Shown piece by piece: positions 47,101 through 62,100 of a stretch of 64,000 bases of DNA (position 1 is its first letter; the number at the start of each line of letters is the position of its first letter). A model generated the notes under the pieces. It did not search any database and was not told the DNA's origin. It saw nothing but the letters and a program-made list of their open reading frames with translations. The position numbers were made by a program, and so were the translations under genes. Source of the DNA: Haplodiscus bocki (taxonomy: Eukaryota); contig OZ296652.1 of the NCBI GenBank assembly GCA_965655095.1, positions 112,158,001 through 112,222,000 of the forward strand, in the 5' to 3' direction.

Positions 47101-50100
47101 TTTTGTTCTAGGCATTAGTAATAGATTGATGAATCGTTTTATAACGTTGACAAAGCTGAAAAAAACTGAGAGTGTTTTTTACACAGATATAGATCCATTA
47201 CAAATTGAAAAAAAAACAATTTGATAAACTAAGTACAGCAGGTTTTGCTGGAAAAGGGTCCGGACAAAGAAAAAATGATTACGGCAGTTGTGTTGAATTG
47301 AAGTTTTGATTTTGGAACTCAAAGGTAATATTCTCTAGCAATTAAAGAAGATGAAGTGATAGCAGAGGAGAAAACATTTTAAATTTTTGAAGATGTTACG
47401 AGAGTATTAGATGAGAAAATGTATTCTGATTAGCAAAATGGAACAACTATTAAACAAGGCCTTCCTTTAAGTTAATAAAAGTCTTTTCCAACTGCAGTCA
47501 ATATGTCGACTGGAAAAAAACTGTAGAAAATGTCCCAAATCTGTTGAAAAAAACTTCGTCAAGTGCAACGCAAGAACCAGACAAACTAAAAAAAACGAAG
47601 CGAATAATATTGAATTAAAGAAAAAAACCAAAGGAAGATGGATCTTTTTTAACCTAATATGTATCTAAATAAGTAAAAATTGGAGTCTTTAAGTATGAAA
47701 CTTATGCTAATCCTCGGAACAAAAATTACGCTACCCATAAAACTGACGTAAATCAAGTAAATGATACTTGGAGCATGGACTCAATAGACCTGAACGATCT
47801 CGGTTCTAAAAAGTTTAGAGATGTATTCCAGTCTTAATTGATCATTCCTAAAAGGTTGGGTGGAGTATCCCATGATAAAAAGTAAAAATGGTCAAATACT
47901 AAAAGATATTAATGCAAACATTCTTAAAACCTCAGAAAGATAATGAAATTTCTTTGGAACTGATGATGGAAAGCAGTTTGTAAGCAAAAGTTTTACTGAG
48001 TTCTAAAGTGAAAGCAAAATTAGAAAATTTAGTCCATGTACGTCAAAAGGAGCAGTAATTGCTAAAAGACTTAATAGATTCAATAGAGATCTTCTGAAAA
48101 AACCCTGTATTTGAAAAGTATTGGTAAATGGATAGATGAAATAAATGCTGTAAGGAACCAATATAAAAATACAAAACATTCTCCAAACAAATTCACACCA
48201 ATTCAAGCATCTTCAAAAAGGAATTAAGAATATGTTTGCTAAAACGTACCATATCGAAATTGGTAAAAACAACCGAAAACCTACTTAGGAGATATAGCTA
48301 GAACCGCAGACAAAAGGAGTGAATTTATTAAAGGTGATAACACAAGTTGGTCTCACAAGTTCTCAACAATTACAGAAGTTATTATTCAAAAATACCAATT
48401 TTGCAAAAACATTATTTACCTGACAGATAGAACGAAGCATTGCTAAAGTAATCAGAAAAACAAATGAAGACAAAATATAAAGTTTTAATAAAAATAGGTT
48501 TCATTACGTAAGTTTATACATTTTTAGAATTTTATCTACCTTCTCTTCTGGAAAACATAGTTATGAGTGATATAGAATTACAACAAGTGAAACCTACTGA
48601 TTTGCTATTCTCCACTGATACAAGTTCGCTATTACCTACAGCGATTTCACCTATGAAATACATTATTTCAAAAAAAAACAGCTTTTGTTTTCACTAGAGG
48701 TATTAAAGATGAACTTGTTAAAAGATTTAACAGGAATGTAATTGCAGTAAAAACTACAGAAAAACTAACAGCTGATTCAGTAAATTTGAAATGAAATCTC
48801 CTATCGAGGAAACATATGTGTGGGACACGTACCCGTCAAGGAAACTTGTTAAGGGAAACAAAAATTAAAAAGGTTAGGAAGTGGAAATTTATTTAATACC
48901 TTAGCATCAGTTTGACACCAAGAATCTGTAAGAATCGGTCATATTCTGATGGGGATGTACGGAAGAGTGTTTCAAAAAGAGAATTTCAAAAAGCCAACTT
49001 CCGGAAGACATGTCAGGGAAACATCTCTTCTAAGAAACCAAAATAACTGAAGAAGAATTGTAAAAATAGGACAGTTGATGATGTTGAATATGAAATCCTT
49101 ATTCAGCGACACTTTTAGGAAAAAAAGATTACAAGCATGAATTCAAAATTGAAAGGTGGATGGAAACGCAGTATGATAACGGAGTTCAGGGACATCACAA
49201 ATTGCAGGTTGGAAGGTAATTTGTTAAAAATCAAAATGATGAAGAAATAATTGAAGATGACACCTCAAATCCTTTTAAAAGAACCCCACATTAAGGAGCT
49301 TTTGTTCTAGGCATTAGTAAAAGATTGATGAATCATTTTATAACGTTTACAAACGTGAAAAAAACTAAGAGTGTTTTTTACACAGATATAGATCCATTAC
49401 AAATTGAGAAAAAACAATTTGATAAACTAAGTAAAGCAGGTTTTGCTGGAAACGAGTCCTGACAAAGAAAAAATGATTACGGCAGTCGTGGTGAATTGAA
49501 GTTTTGATTTTGGAACTCAAAGGTATTATTGTCTAGCAATTAAAGAAGTTGGAGTGATAGCAGAGGAGAAAACATTTTAAGTTTTTGAAGATGTTACCAG
49601 AGTATTAGATGAGAAAAATTATTCTGATAAGCAAAATGGAACAACTGTTAAACAAGGCCTTCCTTTAAGTTAGTAAAAGTCTTTTCCAACTGCAGTCAAT
49701 ATGTCAACTGGAAAAAAAACTGTAGAAAATGTCCCAAATCTGTTGAAAAAAAACTTCGTCAAATGCAACGCAAGAACCAGACAAACTAAAAAAATCGAAG
49801 CGAATAATATTGAATTAAAGAAAAAACACCAAAGGAAAATGGACCTTTTTTAACCTAATATGTATCTAAATAAGTAAGAATTGGAATCTTTAAGTATGAA
49901 ACTTTTGCTAATCCTCGGAACAAAAATTACGCTACCCATAAAACTGACGTAAATCAAGTAAATGATACTTGGAGTATGGACTCAATAGACCTGAACGATC
50001 TCGGTTCAAAAAAGATTAGAGATGTATTCCAGTCTTAATCGATCATTCCTAAACGTTTGGGTGGAGTATCCCTTGATAAAAAGTAAAAATGGTTAAATAC

Positions 50101-53100
50101 TAAAAATATTATTGCAAACATTCTTAAAACCTCAGAAGGGTAATGAAAATTCTTTGGAACTGATGATGGAAAGCAGTTTGTAAGCAAAAAGATTACTGAC
50201 CTCTAAAGTGAAAGCAAAATTAGAAGATTTAGTCACTGTACATCAAAAGGAGCAGTAATTGCTAAAAGATTTAATATAATTATCAGAAATCTTTCGAAAC
50301 AACCCTGTATTTGAAAAGTATCCGTAACTGGATAGATGAAATAAATGCTGTAAGGAACCAATATAAAAGTACAAAGCATTCTCCAACCAAAGTCACACCA
50401 ATTCAAGCTTCTTCAAAAAGGAATAAAGGATAATTTTGCTGAAACGTACTATACGGAAGATGGTAAAAACAACCGAAAGCCTACTCAGGAGATTTAGCTA
50501 GAACCGCAGACAAAAGGAGTGAATTTATTAAAGGTGATAACACAAGTTGGTCTCACAAGTTCTCAATAATTACAGAAGTTATTATTCAAAAATACCAATT
50601 TTGCAAAAAAAATTTACCTGACATATAAAACGAAGCATTGCTAAAGTAATCAGAAAAAACAAATGAAGATAAAAATATAAAGTTTTGAGAAAAAAAGGTT
50701 TCATTACGTAAGTTTATACATTTTTGGAATTTTATCTACCTTCTCTTCTGGAAAACATAGTTACGAGTGATATAGAATTAAAACAAGTGAAACCCAATGA
50801 TTTGCCATTCTCCACTGATATAAGTTCGCTATTACCTACAGCGATGTCACCTATGAAATACATTTTTTCAAAAAAAGAAACAGGTTTTGTTTTCACTAGA
50901 GGTATTAAATATGAACTTGTTATTAGATTTAACAGGAATGTAAATGCAGTAAAAACTACAGAAAAACTAACAGCTGATTCAGTAAATTTGAAATGAAATC
51001 TCCTATCGAGGAAACATATGTGTGGGACACGTACCCGTCAAGGAAAGTTGTTAAGGGAAACAAAAATTAAAAAGGTTAGGAAGTGGAAGTTTATTTAATA
51101 CCTTAGCATCAGTTTGACACCAGGAATCTGTAAGAATCGGTCATATCCTGATGGGGATGTACGGAAGAGTGTTTCAAAAAGATAATTTCAGAAAGGCAAC
51201 TTCCGGAAGACATGTCAGGGAAACAATTCTTCTAAGAAAACAAAATAACTGAAGAAGAATTGTAAAAATAGGACAGATGATGATGTTGAATATGAAATCC
51301 TTATTCAGCGACACTTTCAGGAAAAAAAAGATTACAAGGATGAATTCAAAATTGAAAGGTGGATGGAAAGGCAGTATGATAACGAAGTTCAGGGACATCA
51401 CAAATTGCAGGTTGGAAGGCAAAATGTTAAAAATCAAAATGATGAAGGAATAATTGAAGATGACACCTCAAAAACTTTCAAAAGAACTCCACATTAAGGA
51501 GCTTTTGTTCTAGGCATTAGTAAAAGATTGATGAATCATTTTATAACGTTGACAAACGTGAAAAAAACTAAGAGTGTTTTTTACACAGATATAGATCCAT
51601 TACAAATTGAGAAAAAACAATTTGATAAACTAAGTAAAGCAGGTTTTGCTGGAAAAGAGTCCGGACAAAGAAAAAATGATTACGGCAGTTGTGGTGAATT
51701 GAAGTTTTGATTTTGGAACTCAAAGGTAATATTGTCTAGCAATTAAAGAAGATGGAGTGATAGCAGAGGAGAAAACATTTTAAATTTTTGAAGATGTTAC
51801 GAGAGTATTAGATGAGAAAATGTATTCTGATTAGCAAAATGGAACAACTATTAAACAAGGCCTTCCTTTAAGTTAGTAAAAGTCTTTTCCAACTGCAGTC
51901 AATATGTCGACTGGAAAAAAACTGTAGAAAATGTCCCAAATCTGTTGAAAAAAACTTCGTCAAGTGCAACGCAAGAACCAGACAAACTAAAAAAATCGAA
52001 GCGAATAATATTGAATTAAAGAAAAAACACCAGAGGAAGATGGATCTTTTTTAACCTAATATGTATCTAAATAAGTAAGAATTGGAAACTTTAGGTATGA
52101 AATTTATGCTAATCCTCGGAACAAAAATTACGCTACCCATAAAACTGACGTAAATCAAGTAAATGATACTTGGAGCATGGACTCAATAGACCTGAACGAT
52201 CTCGGTTCAAAAAAATTTAGAGATGTATTCCAGTCTTAATTGATCATTCCTAAAAGGTTGGGTGGAGTATCCCATGATAAAAAGTAAAAATGGTCAAATA
52301 CTAAAAGATATTAATGCAAACATTCTTAAAACCTCAGAAAGATAATGAAAGTTCTTTGGAACTGATGATGGAAAGCAGTTTGTAAGCAAAAGTTTTACTG
52401 ATTTCTAAAGTGAAAGCAAAATTAGAAGATTTAGTCCATGTACGTCAGAAGGAGCAGTAATTGCTAAAAGATTTATTAGATTCATTAGAGATCTTCTGAA
52501 AAAACCCTGTATTTGAAAAGTATTGGTAAATGGATAGATGAAATAAATGCTGTAAGGAACCAATATAAAAATACAAAACATTCTCCAACCAAATTCACAA
52601 CAATTCAAGCATCTTCAAAAAGGAATTAAGAATATGTTTGCTAAAACGTACCATATCGAAATTGGTAAAAACAACCGAAAACCTACTTAGGAGATATAGC
52701 TAGAACCGCAGACAAAAGGAGTGAATTTATTAAAGGTGATAATAAAGTTGGTCTCACAAGTTCTCAACAATTACACAAGTTATTATTCAAAAAGACCAAT
52801 TTTGCAAAAAAATATTTACCTGACAGATAAAACGAAGCATTGCTAAAGTAATCAGAAAAACAAAAGAAGACAAAATATAAAGTTTTAAGAAAAATAGGTT
52901 TCATTACGTAAGTTTATACATTTTTAGAATTTTATCTACCTTCTCTTCTGGAAAACATAGTTACGAGTGATATAGAATTACAACAAGTGAAACCTAATGA
53001 TTTGCTATTCTCCACTGATACAAGTTCGCTATTACCTACAGCGATTTCACCTATGAAATACATTATTTCAAAAAAACAGGTTTTGTTTTCACTAGAGGTA

Positions 53101-56100
53101 TTAAAGATGAACTTGTTAAAAGAATTAACAGGAATGTAATTGCAGTAAAAACTACAGAAAAACTAACAGCTGATTCAGTAAATTTGAAATGAAATCTCCT
53201 ATCGAGGAAACATATGTGTGGGACACGTACCCGTCAAGGAAACTTGTTAAGGGAAACAAAAATTAAAAAGGTTAGGAAGTGGAAACCTATTTAATACCTT
53301 AGCATCAGATTGACACCAAGAATCTGTAAGAATCGGTCATATTCTGATGGGGATGTACAGAAGAGTGTTTCAAAAAGAGAATTTCAAAAAGCCAACTTCC
53401 GGAAGACATGTCAGGGAAACATCTCTTCTAAGAAACCAAAATAACTGAAAAAGAATTGTAAAAAGAGGACAGTTGATGATGTTGAATATGAAATCCTTAT
53501 TCAGCGACACTTTTAGGAAAAAAAGATTACAAGCATGAATTCAAAATTGAAAGGTGGATGGAAACGCAGTATGATAACGAAGTTCAGGGACATCACAAAT
53601 TGCAGGTTGGAAGGCAAATTGTTAAAAATCAAAATGATGAAGGAATAATTGAAGATGACACCTCAAAAACTTTCAAGAGAACCCCACATTAAGGAGCTTT
53701 TGTTCTAGGCATTAGTAAAAGATTGATGAATCATTTTATAACGTTGACAAACGTGAAAAAAACTAAGAGTGTTTTTTACACAGATATAGATCCATTACAA
53801 ATTGAAAAAAAACAATTTGATAAACTAAGTAAAGCAGGTTTTGATGGAAAAGAGTCCGGGCAAAGAAAAAATGATTACGGCAGTTGTGGTGAATTGAAGT
53901 TTTGATTTTGGAACTCAAAGGTATTATTGTCTAGCAATTAAAGAAGATGGAGTGATAGCAGAGGAGAAAACATTTTAAGTTTTTGAAGATGTTACCAGAG
54001 TATTAGATGAGAAAAGGTATTCTGATAAGCAAAATGGAACAACTGTTAAACAAGGCCTTCCTTTAAGTTAGTAAAAGTCTTTTCCAACTGCAGTCAATAT
54101 GTCGACTGGAAAAAAACTGTAGAAAATGTCCCAAATCTGTTGAAAAAAAACTTCGTCAAATGCAACGCAAGAACCAGACAAACTAAAAAAATCGAAGCGA
54201 ATAATATTGAATTAAAGAAAAAACACCAAAGGAAGATGGACCTTTTTTAACCTAATATGTATCTAAATAAGTAAGACTTGGAATCTTTAAGTATGAAACT
54301 TTTGCTAATCCTCGGAACAAAAATTACGCTACCCATAAAACTGACGTAAATCAAGTAAATGATACTTGGAGCATGGACTCAATAGACCTGAACGAGCTCG
54401 GTTCAAAAAAGTTTAGAGATGTATTCCAGTCGTAATCGATCATTCCTAAACGTTTGGGTGGAGTATCCCATGATAAAAAGTAAAAATGGTTAAATACTAA
54501 AAAGATTATTGCAATCATTCTTAAAACCTCAGAAGGATAATGAAAATTCTTTGGAACTGATGATGGAAAGCAGTTTGTAAGCAAAAAGATTACTGACCTC
54601 TAAAGTGAAAGCAAAATTAGAAGATTTAGTCACTGTACATCAAAAGGAGCAGTAATTGCTAAAACATTTAATATATTTATCAGAAATCTTTCGAAACAAC
54701 CCTGTATTTGAAAAGTATTCGTAACTGGATAGATGAAATAAATGCTGTAAGGAACCAATATAAAAATACAAAGCATTCTCCAACCAAATTCACACCAATT
54801 CAAGCATCTTCAAAAAGGAATTAAGAATATGTTTGCTAAAACGTACCATATCGAAGATGGAATAACAACCGAAAACCTACTTAGGAGATTTAGCTAGAAC
54901 CGCAGACAAAAGGAATGAATTTATTAAAGGTGATAACAGAAGTTGGTGTCACAAGTTCTCATTAATTACAGAAGTTATGATTCAAAAATACCAATTTTGC
55001 AAAAAAAATTTACCTGACAGATAGAACGAAGCATTGCTAAAGTAATCACAAAAAACAAATGAAGACAAAAATACAAAGTTTTAAAAAAAATAGGTTTCAT
55101 TACGTAAAGCTATACATTTTTAGAATTTTATCTACCTTCTCTTCTGGAAAACATAGTTACGAGTGATATAGAATTACAACAAGTGAAACCTAATGATTTG
55201 CTATTCTCCACTGATATAAGTTCGCTATTACCTACAGCGATGTCACCTATGAAATACATTTTTTCAAAAAAAGAAACAGGTTTTGTTTTCACTAGAGGTA
55301 TTAAATATGAACTTGTTATTAGATTTAACAGGAATGTAATTGCAGTAAAAACTACAGAAAAACTAACAGCTGATTCAGTAAATTTGAAATGAAGTCTGCT
55401 ATCGCGGAAACATATGTGTGGGACACGTACCCGTCAAGGAAATTTGTTAAGGGAAACAAAAATTAAAAATGTTAGGAAGTGGAAACTTATTTAATACCTT
55501 AGCATCAGTTTGACACCAAGAATCTGTAAGAATCGGTCATATCCTGATGGGGATGTACGGAAGAGTGTTTCAAAAAGAGAATTTCAAAAAGGCAACTTCC
55601 GGAAGACATGCCAGGGAAACATTTCTTCTAGGAAACCAAAATAACTGAAGAAGAATTGTAAAAATAGGACAGATGCTGATGTTGAATATGAAATTCTTAT
55701 TCAGCGACACTTTCAGGAAAAAAAAAGATTACAAGGATGAATTCAAAATTGAAAGGTGGATGGAAACGCAGTATGATAACGGAGTTCAGGGACATCACAA
55801 ATTGCAGGTTGGAAGGCAAATTGTTAAAAATCAAAATGATGAAGGAATAATTGAAGATGACACATCAAAAACTTTCAAAAGAACCCTACATTAAGGAGCT
55901 TTTGTTCTAGGCATTAGTAAAAGATTGATGAATCATTTTATAACGTTGACAAACGTGAAAAAAACTAAGAGTGTTTTTTACACAGATATAGATCCATTAC
56001 AAATTGAGAAAAAACAATTTGATAAACTAAGTAAAGCAGGTTTTGCTGGAAAAGAGTCCGGACAAAGAAAAAATGATTACGGCAGTTGTGGTGAATTGAA

Positions 56101-59100
56101 GTTTTGATTTTGGAACTCAAAGGTAATATTGTCTAGCAATCAAAGAAGATGGAGTGATAGCAGAGGAGAAAACATTATAAATTTTTGAAGATGTTACCAG
56201 AGTATTAGATGAGAAAAAGTATTCTGATAAGCAAAATGGAACAACTGTTAAACAAGGCCTTCCTTTAAGTTAGTAAAAGTCTTTTCCAACTGCAGTCAAT
56301 ATGTCAACTGGAAAAAAACTGTAGAAAATGTCCCAAATCTTTTGAAAAAAACTTCGTCAAGTGCAACGCAAGAACCAAACAAACTAAAAAAATCGAAGCG
56401 AATAATGTTGAATTAAAAAAACACCGAAAGAAGATGAACCTTTTTTCAACCTAAAATGTATCTAAATAAGTAAGAATTGGAATCCTTAAGTATGAAACTT
56501 ATGCTAATCCTCGGAACAAAAATTACGCTACCCATAAAATTGACGTAAATCAAGTAAATGATACTTGGAGCATGGACTCAATAGACCTGAACGATCTCGG
56601 TTCAAAAAAGTTTAGAGATGTATTCCAGTCCTAATTGATCATTCCTAAAAGGTTGAGTGGAGTATCCCGTGATAAAAAGTAAAAGTGGTTAAATACTAAA
56701 AACATTATTGCAAACATTCTTAAAACCTCAGAAGGATAATGAAATTTCTTTGGAACTGATGATGGAAAGCAGTTTGTAAGCAAAAAGATTACTGACTTCT
56801 AAAGTGAAAGCAAAATTAGAAGATTTATTCACTGTACATCAAAAGGAGCAGTAATTCCTAAAAGATTTAATATATCTATCAGAGATCTTTCGAAAAAACC
56901 CTGTAATTGAAAAGTATTGGTAAATGGATAGATGAAATAAATGCTGTAAGGAACCAATATAAAAATACAAAACATTCTCCAACCATTTTCACACCAATTC
57001 AAGCGTCTTCAAAAAGGAATAAAGTATATGTTTGCTAAAACGTACCATATCGAAGATGGAATAACAACCGAAAACCTACTTAGGAGATTTAGCTAGAACC
57101 GCAGACAAAAGGAATGAATTTATTAAAGGTGATAACACAAGTTGGTCTCACAAGTTCTCAACAATTACAGAAGTTATTATTCAAAAATAGCAATTTTGCA
57201 AAAAAAAAATTACCTGACAGATAAAAGGAAGCATTGCTAAAGTAATCAGAAAAAACAAATGAAGACAAACATATAAAGTTTTTAAAAAAAATAGGTTTCA
57301 TTACGTAAGTTTATACATTTTTAGAATTTTATCTACCTTCTCTTCTGGAAAACATAGTTACGAGTGATATAGAATTACAACAAGTGAAACCTAATGATTT
57401 GCTATTCTCCACTGATATAAGTTCGCTATTACCTACAGCGATGTCACCTATGAAATACATTTTTTCAAAAAAAGAAACAGGTTTTGTTTTCACTAGAGGT
57501 ATTAAAGATGAACTTGTTAATAGACTTAACAGGAATGTAATTGCAGTAAAAACTACAGAAAAACTAACAGCTGATTCAGTAAATTTGAAATGAAATCTCC
57601 TATCGAGGAAACATATGTGTGGGACTCGTACCCGTCAAGGAAATTTGTTAGGGGAAACAAAAATAAAAAGGTTAGGAAGTGGAAATTTATTTAATACCTT
57701 AGCATCTGTTTGACACCAAGGTTCTGTAAGAATCGGACATATTCTGATGGGGATGTACGGAAGAGTGTTCCAAGAAGAGAATTTCAAAAAGGCAACTTCC
57801 GGAAGACTTGTCAGGAAAACAGTTCTTCTAAGAAATCAAAATAACTGAAGAAGAATTGTAAAAATAGGACAGATGATGATGTTGAATATGAAATCCTTAT
57901 TCAGCGACACTTTCAGGAAAAAAAAAGATTACAAGGATGAATTCAAAATTGAAAGGTGGATGGAAACGCAGTATGATAACGGAGTTCAGGGACATCACAA
58001 ATTGCAGGTTGAAAGGCAAATTGTTAAAAATCAAAATGATGAAGGAATAATTGAAGATGACACCTCAAAAACTTTCAAAAGAACCCCACATTAAGGAGCT
58101 TTTGTTCTAGGCATTAGTAAAAGATTGATTAATCATTTTATAACGTTGACAAACGTGAAAAAAACTAAGAGTGTTTTTTACGCAGATATAGATCCAGTAC
58201 AAATTGAGAAAAAACAATTTGTTAAACTAAGTAAAGCAGGTTTTGCTGGAAACGAGTCCTGACAAAGAAAAAATGATTACGGCAGTCGTGGTGAATTGAA
58301 GTTTTGATTTTGGAACTCAAAGGTAATATTGTCTAGCAATTAAAGAAGATGGAGTGATAGCAGAGGAGAAAACCTTTTAATTTTTTGAAGACGTTACCAG
58401 AGTATTAGATGAGAAAAAGTATTCTGATAAGCAAAATGGAACAACTGTTAAACAAAGCCTTACTTCAAGTGAGTAAAAGTCTTTTCCAACTGCAGTCAAT
58501 ATGTCAACTAGAAAAAAAACTGTAGAAAATGTCCCAAATCTGGTGAAAAAAACTTCGTCAAGTGCAACGCAAGAACCAGACAAACTAAAAAAATCGAAGC
58601 GAATAGTATTGAATTAAAAAAAACACCAAGGGAAGATGGACCTCTTTTAACCAAATATGTATCTAAATAAATAAGAATTGGAATCTTTAAGTATGAAACT
58701 TATGCTAATCCTCGGAACAAAAATTACGCTACCCATAAAACTGACGTAAATCAAGTAAATGATACTTGGAGCATGGACTCAATAGACCTGAACGATCTCG
58801 GTTCAAAAAAGTTTAGAGATGTATTCCAGTCGTAATTGATCATTCCTAAAAGTTTGGATGGAGTATCCCATGATAAAAAGTAAAAATTGTTAAATACTTA
58901 AAATATTATTGCAAACATTCTTAAAACCTCAGACGGATAATGAAATTTCTTTGGAACTGATGATGGAAAGCAGTTTGTAAGCAAAAAGATTACTGACTTC
59001 TAAAGTGAAAGCAAAATTAGAAGATTTATTCACTGTACATCAAAAGGAGCAGTAATTGCTAAAAGATTTATTATATCTATCAGAGATCTTTCGAAAAAAC

Positions 59101-62100
59101 CTTGTAATTGAAAAGTATTGGTAAATGGATAGATGAAATAAATGCTGTAAGGAACCAATATAAAAATACAAAACATTCTCCAACCAAATTCACACCAATT
59201 CAAGCGTCTTTAAAAAGGAATTAAGAATATGTTTGCTAAAACGTACCACATCGAAATTGGTAAAAACAACCGAAAACCTACTTAGGAGATATAGCTAGAA
59301 CCGCAGACAAAAGGAGTGAATTTATTAAAGGTGATAACTTAAGTTGGTCTCACAAGTTCTGAACAATTACAGAAGTTATTATTCAAAAATAGCAATTTTG
59401 CAAAAAAAATTTACCTGACAGATAAAAGGAAGCATTGCTAAAGTAATCAGAAAAAAAACGAATGAAGACAAACATATAAAGTTTTTAAAAAAAATGGGTT
59501 TCATTACGTGAGTTTATACATTTTTAGAATTTTATCTACCTTCTCTTCTGGAAAACATAGTTACGAGTGATATAGAATTACAACAAGTGAAACCTAATGA
59601 TTTGCTATTCTCCACTGATATAAGTTCGCTATTACCTACAGCGATGTCACCTATGAAATACATTTTTTCAAAAAAAGAAACAGGTTTTGTTTTCACTGGA
59701 GGCATTGAAGATGAACTTGTTAATAGATTTAACAGGAATGTAATTGCAGTAAAAACTACAGAAAAACTAACAGCTGATTCAGTAAATTTGAAATGAAATC
59801 TCCTATCGAGGAAACATATGTGTGGGACACGTACCCGTCAAGGAAAGTTGTTAAGGGAAACAAAAATAAAAAGGTTAGGAAGTGGAAATTTATTTAATAC
59901 CTTAGCATCAGTTTGACACCAAGAATCTGTAAGAATCGGTCTCATTCTGATGAGGATGTACGGAGGAGTGCTTCAGAAACGGAAATTTAAAAAAAGCAAC
60001 TTCCATACGACATGTCAGGGAAACATTTCTTCTAAGAGAACAATATAACTGAAGAAGAATTGTAAAATAGGACAGATGATGATGTTGAATCTGAAATATT
60101 CATTCAGCGACACTTTTAGGGAAAAAAATGATTACAAGCATGAATTCAAAATTGAAAGATGGATGGAAATGCAGTATGATAACGGAGTTCAGGGACATCA
60201 CAATTTGCAAATTGGAAGTTGAATTGTAAAAAATCAAAATGATGAAGGAATAATTGAAGATGAAACTTCAAAACCTTTTAAAAGAACCCCACATTAAGGA
60301 GCTTTTGTTCTAGCATTAGTAAAAGATTGATGAATCATTTTATAATGTTGACAAACCTGAAAAAATCTAAGAGTGTTTTTTACATAGATATAGATCCATT
60401 ACATATTGAGAAAAAACAATTTGATAAACTAAGTAAAGCAGGTTTTGCTGGAAAAGATTCCGGACAAAGAAAAAATGATTACGGCAGTTGAGGTGAATTG
60501 AAGTTTTGATTTTGGAACTGATAAAGAAGATGGAGTGATAGCAGAGGAGAAAACATTTTAATTTTTTGAAGACGTTACCAGAGTATTAGATGAGAAAAAG
60601 TATTCTGATAAGCAAAATGGAACAACTGTTAAACAAAGCCTTCCTTCAAGTGAGTAAGAGTTTTTTCCAACTGCAGTCAATATGTCAACTAGAAAAAAAA
60701 CTGTAGAAAATGTCCCAAATCTGTTGAAAAAAACTTCGTCAAGTGCAACGCAAGAACCAGAAAGACTAAAAAAATCGAAGCGAAAACTATTGAAGTAAAA
60801 AAAACACCAAAGGAAGATTGACCTTTTTTAACCTAATATGTATCCAAATAAGTAAAAATTGGAATCTTTAAGTATGAAAGTTTTGCTAATCCTCGGAACA
60901 AAAATTACGCTACCCACAAAACTGACGTAAATCAAGTAAATGATACTTGGAGCATGGACTCAATAGACCTGAACGATCTCGGTTCAAAAAAGTTTAGAGA
61001 TGTATTCCAGTCATAATTGATCATTCCTAAAAGTTTGAGTGGAGTATCCCATGATAAAAAGTGAAAATGGTTAAATACTAAAAAGATTATTGCAAACATT
61101 CTTAAAACCTCAGAAGGATAATGAAATTTCTTTGGAACTGATGATAGAAAGCAGTTTGTAAGCAAAAAGATTACTGACTTCCAAAGTGAAAGCAAAATTA
61201 GAAGATTTAGTCACTGTACATCCAAAGGAGCAGTAATTGCTAAAAGATTTAATATATTTATCAGAGATCTTTCGAAACAACCCTGTATTTGAAAAGTATT
61301 CGTAACTGGATAGATGAAATAAATGCTGTAAGGAACCAATATAAAAATACAAAACATTCTCCAAACAAATTCACACCAATTCAAGCATCTTCAAAAAGGA
61401 ATTAAGAATATGTTTGCTAAAACGTACCATATCGAAAATGGTAAAAACAACCGAAAACCTACTTAGGAGATATAGCTAAAACCGCAGACAAAAGGAGTGA
61501 ATTTTTTAAAGGTGATAACACAAATTGGTCTCACAAGTTCTGAACAATTACAAAAGTTATTATTCAAAAAATACTAAATTTGCATAAAAAGGTTTTACTT
61601 GACAGATAAAACGAAGCATTGCTAAAGTAATCAGAAAAAAAAATGAAGACAAAAATATAAAAATTTAAAAAAAATATGTTTCATTACGTAAGTTTATACA
61701 TTTTAGAATTTTATCTACCTTCTCTTTTGGAAACATAGTTACGAGTGATATAGAATTACAACAAGTGAAACCTAATGATTTGCTATTCTCCACTGATATA
61801 AGTTCGCTATTACCTACAGCGATGTCACCTATGAAATACATTTTTTCAAAAAAAGAAACAGGTTTTGTTTTCACTAGAGGTATTAAAGATGAACTTGTTA
61901 ATAGATTTAACAGGAATGTAATTGCAGTAAAAACTACAGAAAAACTAACAGCTGATTCAGTAAATTTAGGATGAAATCTCCTATCGAGAAAACATATGTG
62001 TGGGACACGTACCCGTCAAGGAAAGTTGTTAAGGGAAACAAAAATTAAAAATGTTAGGAAGTGGAAATTTATTTAATACCTTAGCATCAGTTTGACACCA

